Below the pieces are notes generated by a model. The model ran no database searches and had not been told where the DNA came from. It was given only the letters and a program-made list of their open reading frames with translations. A DNA stretch of 29,685 nt from positions 1 through 29,685 of IMG/VR virus record IMGVR_UViG_3300017780_003306, one strand, 5' to 3'. A program made the position numbers and the translations under genes. This document shows, piece after piece, positions 24,634-29,685 of this stretch. Origin of the DNA: a virus. Lineage: Duplodnaviria > Caudoviricetes. Each line of letters opens with the position of its first letter. Position 1 is the first letter of the stretch.

Positions 24634-26217
24634 ATGGCCCGCGCTCCCATGCCTGCCCCGCAGATAATCGAAACGCCAACGATGCGCCGTAGCGCAATGC
24701 TGGCTAAACTGCTTGAGGAACAGCGTCAGCCCGTTGAGATCAAGGGCGGCTACGGCGAACTGGCGGCTAGGCTTCTTGGTCAAGGCATCACGCAGTTTGG
24801 CGCTAACCGTGCAGAGCGGGCGGTGCGGGACGAACGCGAGGCAACGCGCGAAGCGTTTTTGGCTGGACTTCCGGTGGCGCCAGAAGCAGCACCAAGCGGT
24901 CCCGCTTTGGCTGCGGCGCTTGTGGCGCCTGTGGTCAACAACACGCAAGAAGCGCAGCAAGCCGACATTGCGCCCGTCGCGCCAATCATGGGTTCGGCGC
25001 TTTCTGATGCCGCTCCGGCTGGTATGCCTGCCGCACCTATGCCGATGGCCGATGTTCCGCCTATGCCGCAAATGGTTCCGGCTCCGGCAGTAGCACCGGC
25101 ACCGCCCCCGATGGCACCGCAAGCCCTTGCCCAACCGCAAATGCCGCCGCAGCTTGCCGCATACGTTCGGCAACTGGCACAAACTGATTTGGCGGGCGCT
25201 CAGGCCGTTTACGGCAACTGGCAACAGCAGCAAGCTATGATGTCGCAATTGCCAGAAGCAATCCGCAACGACCCGGTTGCTGCATGGGCCGCTGTTAACG
25301 ACCCCGCGTCTCTCGCGGAAAGTTTTGGAATGCGCTATCGCCCGATCACTACGGCGGAAGGAAGCATAACCGCCTATGGTCCAGGCTCTGGTGATACGCG
25401 TATCGCCGCGCCCGTAATCGAGCGGTTTGATGATCGTTACGGCGTAATCGACCCGCTTAACACGCGAGCGGGCGTGCAATATACCGCGCCTCGCGGCATG
25501 ACTGCCGCTGAAAGCACTGACCTTTATCGAGTTCAAAACCCGACCGTTCCAGCCAACTCTCGAGTGGTCAATCTGCCGTCTGGTCAAACAATTGCGGAGG
25601 GTTATATCGCGCCGGAGATTACGCCGTTGGCTGCTGGCGGGACGGCGGTTATTACCGGCCCAACCGGGCAAGTGCAAAACACTATTGCAAGTGAAGCCCC
25701 CCGCCCGCTGTCTGATGCGGACCAAACTGCGATTTCTCGCGCAGAAAATACTTTGACGCAAAGCAGAACGTCGCGTCAGCGGGCCACGCAAATTGCCGAA
25801 CAAATTCGCACTGGGGCGCTAAATTTGGGTGCAATCGGAAACCTAATTGCAAGTGGCCGCAACCTTGCCGGTATGTCGGACCAAAATTCGCTTAACTACG
25901 ACGCGTTGATTCGGTGGGCAAAAGAAGCCCGTGACGCTATTCTTGCCGCAAATACGGGCGTTCAAACGGATGGTGACGCCATTCGCGCCCTTGAGCGCAT
26001 TATTACGTCGCCAAACGATGAACGGACCGTTTCGGCATCGCTGCAAGATTTTATCACGGCGAATACCGCAACGGCGGAGGTGTTTGCGCGAGACATTGCG
26101 CGGCGCGAATCGGGCGGCATCTTGGGTGATTGGCCCGCAATCGGCACTGTTGACAGCGGGATGCGTTATATGGGTGGCGGACCAGATAAGCCACAAAATT
26201 GGCAGCCGGTGCGATAA
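24634..26217 (+). CDS. Putative internal virion/ejection protein
   Basis: Pro/Ala/Met-rich linker with a helical C-terminus; second gene of the ejection cluster. Confidence 0.65.
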   Translation: MARAPMPAPQIIETPTMRRSAMLAKLLEEQRQPVEIKGGYGELAARLLGQGITQFGANRAERAVRDEREATREAFLAGLPVAPEAAPSGPALAAALVAPVVNNTQEAQQADIAPVAPIMGSALSDAAPAGMPAAPMPMADVPPMPQMVPAPAVAPAPPPMAPQALAQPQMPPQLAAYVRQLAQTDLAGAQAVYGNWQQQQAMMSQLPEAIRNDPVAAWAAVNDPASLAESFGMRYRPITTAEGSITAYGPGSGDTRIAAPVIERFDDRYGVIDPLNTRAGVQYTAPRGMTAAESTDLYRVQNPTVPANSRVVNLPSGQTIAEGYIAPEITPLAAGGTAVITGPTGQVQNTIASEAPRPLSDADQTAISRAENTLTQSRTSRQRATQIAEQIRTGALNLGAIGNLIASGRNLAGMSDQNSLNYDALIRWAKEARDAILAANTGVQTDGDAIRALERIITSPNDERTVSASLQDFITANTATAEVFARDIARRESGGILGDWPAIGTVDSGMRYMGGGPDKPQNWQPVR

Positions 26218-29200
26218 TGCAGCAGCAACCGTGGCTCAAATACGCAAGTCCTCAACCGGCTCCCGCTCAAGACCAAGCGCCAGCCTCTTTACAGGCTGCG
26301 CCTGGTGCGCCGTGGGAACGGTATCAAGCTCCAACCCCACAACAACGCGCCACGCCTGCTCCTCGACCATCGCAACCACGTCCGCAAGCCGTTCCGATGC
26401 CGTCGTCTGCGCCGCTCAACGCGCTTGGCATCACCGATGAGGAAGAGCTTAACGCCCTGACGGCGCAATACGGCTCGCGCGAAGAAGCTATCCGCCTTCA
26501 GCAAGAGCGCATGGCGGCTGATCCGAACTACGATCCTGGCATGGCACCGGCTCAACCGGCATTGCCGCCTGCAAATCCGTCGAGCGGCTTTGAATTGCCG
26601 GAAGGCGTGGTGGATTGGAACACGCTTACTGATGAGCAGCGGCGCGGATTGACGCGCGGCACTCGCATTATGTTGCCGCAACGCGAAGGGGAAACTTTTC
26701 GACAAATAGCCACGCTTGCGGCTGACATGAACGCGCCATCGCGTGAAGATTTGCCGGGCGACGTCATCCAACAATATGACGGTTTTCGCACACGCGAAGG
26801 CCAGTTGGCTGATGTAGTTGGCGCCGTGGCGTCTGGCGCTGCGGAACAAGTGCCGGGGCTGGATGAAGCCGTAACCGGCCTTGATGCGCTGATTAACCGT
26901 CGTTCGTTTTCGGAATCGCGCGACGAATACCGAAATATGGTCGAAGCGCTGAACGAGCAACAGCGCGGCGCTCGAAACGTTGGCGGCATTTTGGGCTTTG
27001 GCGGAACAATGCTTTTGCCGGGCATTGGTGGCGCAAATTATGTGTCTCAGGGCCTTGGACGCGGCTCACAAATTGCTCGCGCAATGCAAGTTGGCGGTTT
27101 AGGCGGTGCAGTTTATGGAGGCACGGCTGCGGAGGGCGGTTTTGCGGATAGAGCGCAAGGCGCAGCACTGGGGGCGGCATTAGGTGCTGGCACTGGTGCT
27201 GCTGTTCAGGGCGTTGCGCCATTTGTTGGTGAAGGTTTTCGCAGAATCGGTGGAGGTTTCTCAGAAGCTGGTTCCGTTCTGTCGCGCGGTGTTGGTCGCG
27301 TTGCGCCGGAAGCCGACATCACACCGCAAGACACGATTAACGCGCAACAATACGTCGCGCGTTTGCTTCAATCGTCCGGCGCAGATTTGGCCGGAAGCCC
27401 CGTTGCGGCAATGGGTAAACCTATTACGTCGGCGGAAGTTATTGGCCCGTCGGGTATTGCTAACATGGCGGCGCTCGCCCGTCGTTCGGGCCGTGCTGGA
27501 AACCTAACGCAAGCGCAAATTGGTGCCAGAGCGATTGAACAGCCTAATCGGGTTGTGCAGGACTTTGCTGATCTCACGGGTATGGACCCGGCGGGGGCTG
27601 CTGATGCGGTCGATAACATTGTGTCTAGCGGTCGATCGCGTGTTGCGCCGATGTGGGCTGAAGTTGAGAATTTGCAGGTCACCCCGACGCCTGTAATGAA
27701 CGATATTCTGCGCCGTCCGTCTGGCCGCGCGGCGTTGAGGCGGGCGTATCGTATTGCGAGAGATGAGGGCGTTAATCCAGAAACGCTTGGCTTGTTTGCG
27801 ATGGAGGCGGGAGACGGGGGGTTGCGCACTGGCGCATCTGCTATTGCGCGGGACGCGGACACGCTTGCTGATCTTGACGCGCTTCGGGCGGGTCGTGGCG
27901 TTCGCGGTGCAGGGCAGGGTGATAGCCTGCTACAATTTATTTCTAAAAACGGCGGCGTTCGTGACGATGGCGGGGAATTGTCAACGATTGGCGCTGACAC
28001 TTGGAACCGTCAAGGGTCTTGGCGTTCGCGAGCTGTTCGTGAAAATGGTTTGTCGCTAGAGCAAATGGCTGATCGGGCTAGGGCTGCAGGCTATTTTGAC
28101 GACGTTGTAGACGCTACGGCTGAAGGTTCAGGCAATTATCAGCGGCTTTCGTCGCAAGATATGATTGACGCAATTGACGCTGAATTGCGCGGAAACCCGC
28201 GATTTGCGCGGGCCGTTGGCGACACGGATCGCTCTGCGGCAGCGGTTATGCGGCGGGATCGTCGTGCGGCGCTTGATGAACGGCTGCAACGCGAAGGCAT
28301 AGACATTAATCGCGCGTCTAACGACGAAATCTTGCGCCGGATTAGAGATGCTGATGACGCTGACGCGCGGATTATGGCGCAGTTGTATGGCGAGGGAAAA
28401 GACGCGCCCCAGATTGAGCTTGTTCCGGGTGAAATTCCGTCAATTAGGACGATGGATTACGTTCGTCGTGGCCTTAACCAGGTGCTTGAAGGCAAGCGAG
28501 ACAAGACAACTCGCCGCTTGGTAATCGACGACGAAACGCGGCCTATTGTTGAGAACGTGAGACTTTTCCGCGATGAATTGATTCGTGCAACGGGCGGTGA
28601 AGAAGGTATTTATGCGCGAACGCTGGCGGAAAGCGGGGATTATCTTCGCGTTGAAGAAGCGTTCAGGCAATCGGATCGACTGTTTCAGGTGGGAACGCCA
28701 CAGCGGGCGTTTACGGCAGCTACGGCTCGCATGGGTCAGGCAGAGCGCAATGCGCTTGTGGCGGGCTTTGCTGATCGGCTGTTTCGTGACGCACAAGCGG
28801 GGCGGCTTTCTACTCGCCAGCTAAACCAACTCAACGTGCCGGTAACGCGCGAGAAGCTGGCAAGCCTGATCGGTGCAGAGGGCGCTGATAGCTTTATGCA
28901 GCGTGTTGGTGCTGAGATTGAGTTGGCGCGTTCCGGTGGCCGCATGGCGCCGGGAACTAACTCTGTCACGGCAGAAGCTTTGGCGGCAATGGCTGAACAA
29001 GACGGCAGCACGGGTTTTGCCGCTGACCTTGCTCGCAACATGGCTCAAGGGCGTGGCGATATCTTGGGTGCGCTTACCTTGACGTTAGGCAAGGCTGCGG
29101 TGGCTCCTGCAACCGGCTTTGTGCGGGGCATGACGGTATCAAAGCCGCAAGCGGTGCGAGACGAAATCGCGCGTTTGCTGCTGTTGTCGCCTGAGGAACT

Positions 29201-29366
29201 ACAGGCCCAACTTACTGCTGTTGCGGGTTCCGCCAGACTAAGCGCGGACGGGTTGGCAAAGGCGCTTCGTCCTGCTGCTGGTGTTGGAGGAGGTCAAGTC
29301 GGCGCTGGATTCGTTCAACCCGACGCTCAGAATGCCAGACCAGCAAACCGGCGAGCAGCACAATGA
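26217..29366 (+). CDS. Large internal virion/DNA-ejection protein
   Basis: About 1049 aa; PW.KY/PWERY N-terminal motifs and Gly/Ala hydrophobic segments; TAATG overlap supports start 26217. Confidence 0.72.
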   Translation: MQQQPWLKYASPQPAPAQDQAPASLQAAPGAPWERYQAPTPQQRATPAPRPSQPRPQAVPMPSSAPLNALGITDEEELNALTAQYGSREEAIRLQQERMAADPNYDPGMAPAQPALPPANPSSGFELPEGVVDWNTLTDEQRRGLTRGTRIMLPQREGETFRQIATLAADMNAPSREDLPGDVIQQYDGFRTREGQLADVVGAVASGAAEQVPGLDEAVTGLDALINRRSFSESRDEYRNMVEALNEQQRGARNVGGILGFGGTMLLPGIGGANYVSQGLGRGSQIARAMQVGGLGGAVYGGTAAEGGFADRAQGAALGAALGAGTGAAVQGVAPFVGEGFRRIGGGFSEAGSVLSRGVGRVAPEADITPQDTINAQQYVARLLQSSGADLAGSPVAAMGKPITSAEVIGPSGIANMAALARRSGRAGNLTQAQIGARAIEQPNRVVQDFADLTGMDPAGAADAVDNIVSSGRSRVAPMWAEVENLQVTPTPVMNDILRRPSGRAALRRAYRIARDEGVNPETLGLFAMEAGDGGLRTGASAIARDADTLADLDALRAGRGVRGAGQGDSLLQFISKNGGVRDDGGELSTIGADTWNRQGSWRSRAVRENGLSLEQMADRARAAGYFDDVVDATAEGSGNYQRLSSQDMIDAIDAELRGNPRFARAVGDTDRSAAAVMRRDRRAALDERLQREGIDINRASNDEILRRIRDADDADARIMAQLYGEGKDAPQIELVPGEIPSIRTMDYVRRGLNQVLEGKRDKTTRRLVIDDETRPIVENVRLFRDELIRATGGEEGIYARTLAESGDYLRVEEAFRQSDRLFQVGTPQRAFTAATARMGQAERNALVAGFADRLFRDAQAGRLSTRQLNQLNVPVTREKLASLIGAEGADSFMQRVGAEIELARSGGRMAPGTNSVTAEALAAMAEQDGSTGFAADLARNMAQGRGDILGALTLTLGKAAVAPATGFVRGMTVSKPQAVRDEIARLLLLSPEELQAQLTAVAGSARLSADGLAKALRPAAGVGGGQVGAGFVQPDAQNARPANRRAAQ

Positions 29367-29385
29367 CGGCGCCATATAAGTCCAT
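29212..29385 (-). CDS. Possible small antisense membrane protein (57 aa)
   Basis: MDLYGAVIVLLAGLLVW TM-like segment plus charged tail; TATGCT-N6-ATG upstream. Overlaps the end of the ejection gene. Confidence 0.35.
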   Translation of the reverse strand: MDLYGAVIVLLAGLLVWHSERRVERIQRRLDLLQHQQQDEAPLPTRPRLVWRNPQQQ

Positions 29386-29414
29386 AACCGCAGCATACAC
29401 CAAAGGAGGCCCGA

Positions 29415-29685
29415 TTGGCTAGAAACGGGTCGGGGAGCTATTCGCCCCCATCAAACACATGGAACCCTGCGGTTCCTGAAACCGCTATCCTGTCGGACGA
29501 TTGGAACGCAACGCTTGCGGACCTTGCCACGGCGCTGACGCAATCGCTGGCATCCGATGGCCAAACGCCTGCTGCTGCGGTTATCCCGTTTGCCCAAGGC
29601 ATGCCCGTAAACGATGGCCGAATTACAGCCCCGTCGATTGCCGTGATTGGCGACACGGACTCCTGCTTGTATTTCCCAGCTGCAA
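29415..29685 (+). CDS. Tail fibre/tailspike N-terminus, truncated by the window end
   Basis: AAAGGAGG-N5-TTG; MARNGSGSYSPP...WNATLADLATALTQSLASDGQT resembles podophage fibre anchor domains. Confidence 0.75.
   Translation, partial: MARNGSGSYSPPSNTWNPAVPETAILSDDWNATLADLATALTQSLASDGQTPAAAVIPFAQGMPVNDGRITAPSIAVIGDTDSCLYFPAA

Larger units (their letters stand above)
1..29685. mobile_element. Tailed phage/prophage genome segment, podovirus-like (replication, recombination, packaging, head, short tail, ejection proteins)
   Basis: Ordered terS-terL-portal-scaffold-capsid-adaptor-tube-GNAT-ejection-fibre genes. No tape measure or major tail gene and no host housekeeping genes. Confidence 0.95.

Noticed and set aside
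24406-25803. 465-aa antisense ORF
   Set aside because: Arg/His-rich shadow of a Pro/Ala-rich ejection gene.

Overview
The window is a continuous ~30 kb piece of a GC-rich tailed dsDNA phage or prophage genome. It has a short-tail (P22/T7-like podovirus) morphogenesis plan. The host is probably an alphaproteobacterium, which is an inference from gene families and promoter style. From 1 to 4898 a leftward early operon encodes a Cro-like HTH, a NUMOD4-HNH, DUF1064, a second HNH, a DnaA-C-like HTH, a lambda O-like initiator with internal iterons, a helicase-loader-like protein and a pentapeptide-repeat protein. Divergent promoters then drive a rightward arm: ERF annealase, SSB-like protein, a GNAT + ADP-ribosyltransferase-like polyvalent protein, terS, terL, portal, head-fibre-like protein, scaffold, major capsid and decoration protein. 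These are followed by a glycosyltransferase / Maf-like / FkbM cassette, neck and tail-tube genes, three ejection proteins and the start of a tail fibre. The most notable candidates are (1) a virion-glycosylation cassette inside the structural operon, (2) a plasmid-style antisense RNA plus leader peptide in front of the replication initiator, (3) the polyvalent GNAT-ART gene with its own promoter, (4) a probable ATC start codon for the pilot protein, and (5) a recurrent leaderless promoter design that also points to a hidden antisense membrane ORF. All family calls are by-eye motif recognition; no database search was run. No integrase, CI repressor, lysis gene, tRNA or CRISPR array was seen.
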